Source: Macrostomum lignano
Taxonomy: Eukaryota
NCBI GenBank assembly: GCA_002269645.1
Contig: NIVC01002658.1
Coordinates: 88,027-152,026, forward strand
Reading direction: 5' to 3'
DNA length: 64,000 bases
The notes under the pieces are model-generated. The model was not told the origin of the DNA. It saw nothing but the letters and a program-made list of their open reading frames with translations, and searched no databases. The position numbers and the translations under genes are program-made. Below, one piece after another: positions 63,748 through 64,000 of the stretch. Numbering within the stretch: position 1 is the first letter of the stretch; every line of letters begins with the position of its first letter.

Positions 63748-64000
63748 TAATAACAAGTTGCCTTGCAGTACTCAGTCTTCTAAGTAGTACTGAGAGCGTT
63801 TTAGCTGCAATAGGCCATCAATTTCAACTGTCATGTCAAGGATCGCTAGACGTCCTGGGTGCGTAAGGACGTAGCATTCGCGTTGCTTACAAATACAATA
63901 ACGAGAGAGAAAACCTACATTTTAAAGCACTTAATGGACGATTTTTATGCTATTACCCTTCTGAAATGCTATTACGGCGATCACATGAAGCTAGCGCATA

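Overview
Eukaryotic (metazoan) genomic DNA, not prokaryotic: GC3-rich spliced exons with GT-AG introns, separated by a very high density of unrelated mini- and microsatellites. This architecture suggests a free-living flatworm such as Macrostomum, but that is inference only. Seven protein-coding genes were reconstructed by hand: (1) an orphan single-exon 4-TM protein (-); (2) a two-exon peptide-type GPCR of the myosuppressin/DMSR/Srw-like group (+); (3, 4) two tandem five-exon paralogues encoding signal peptide + Cys-enriched single CUB domain + TM anchor (+); (5) a long tensin-family SH2-PTB adaptor with no visible N-terminal PTP/C2 region (-); (6) a CDC14 phosphatase (-); (7) a putative amidated neuropeptide precursor (+). 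Mobile DNA includes two copies of a tRNA-derived SINE, a CORE-like SINE, four hAT/Charlie-like MITEs, a foldback element, a palindromic MITE, a deleted mariner, and a 1.9-kb internally deleted LINE with an 11-bp target-site duplication. The LINE 3' hairpin is shared, with compensatory changes, by the SINE. Most long ORFs in the supplied track are translations of tandem repeats. No rRNA, intact tRNA or CRISPR array was found. All exon joins are manual and lack transcript support.
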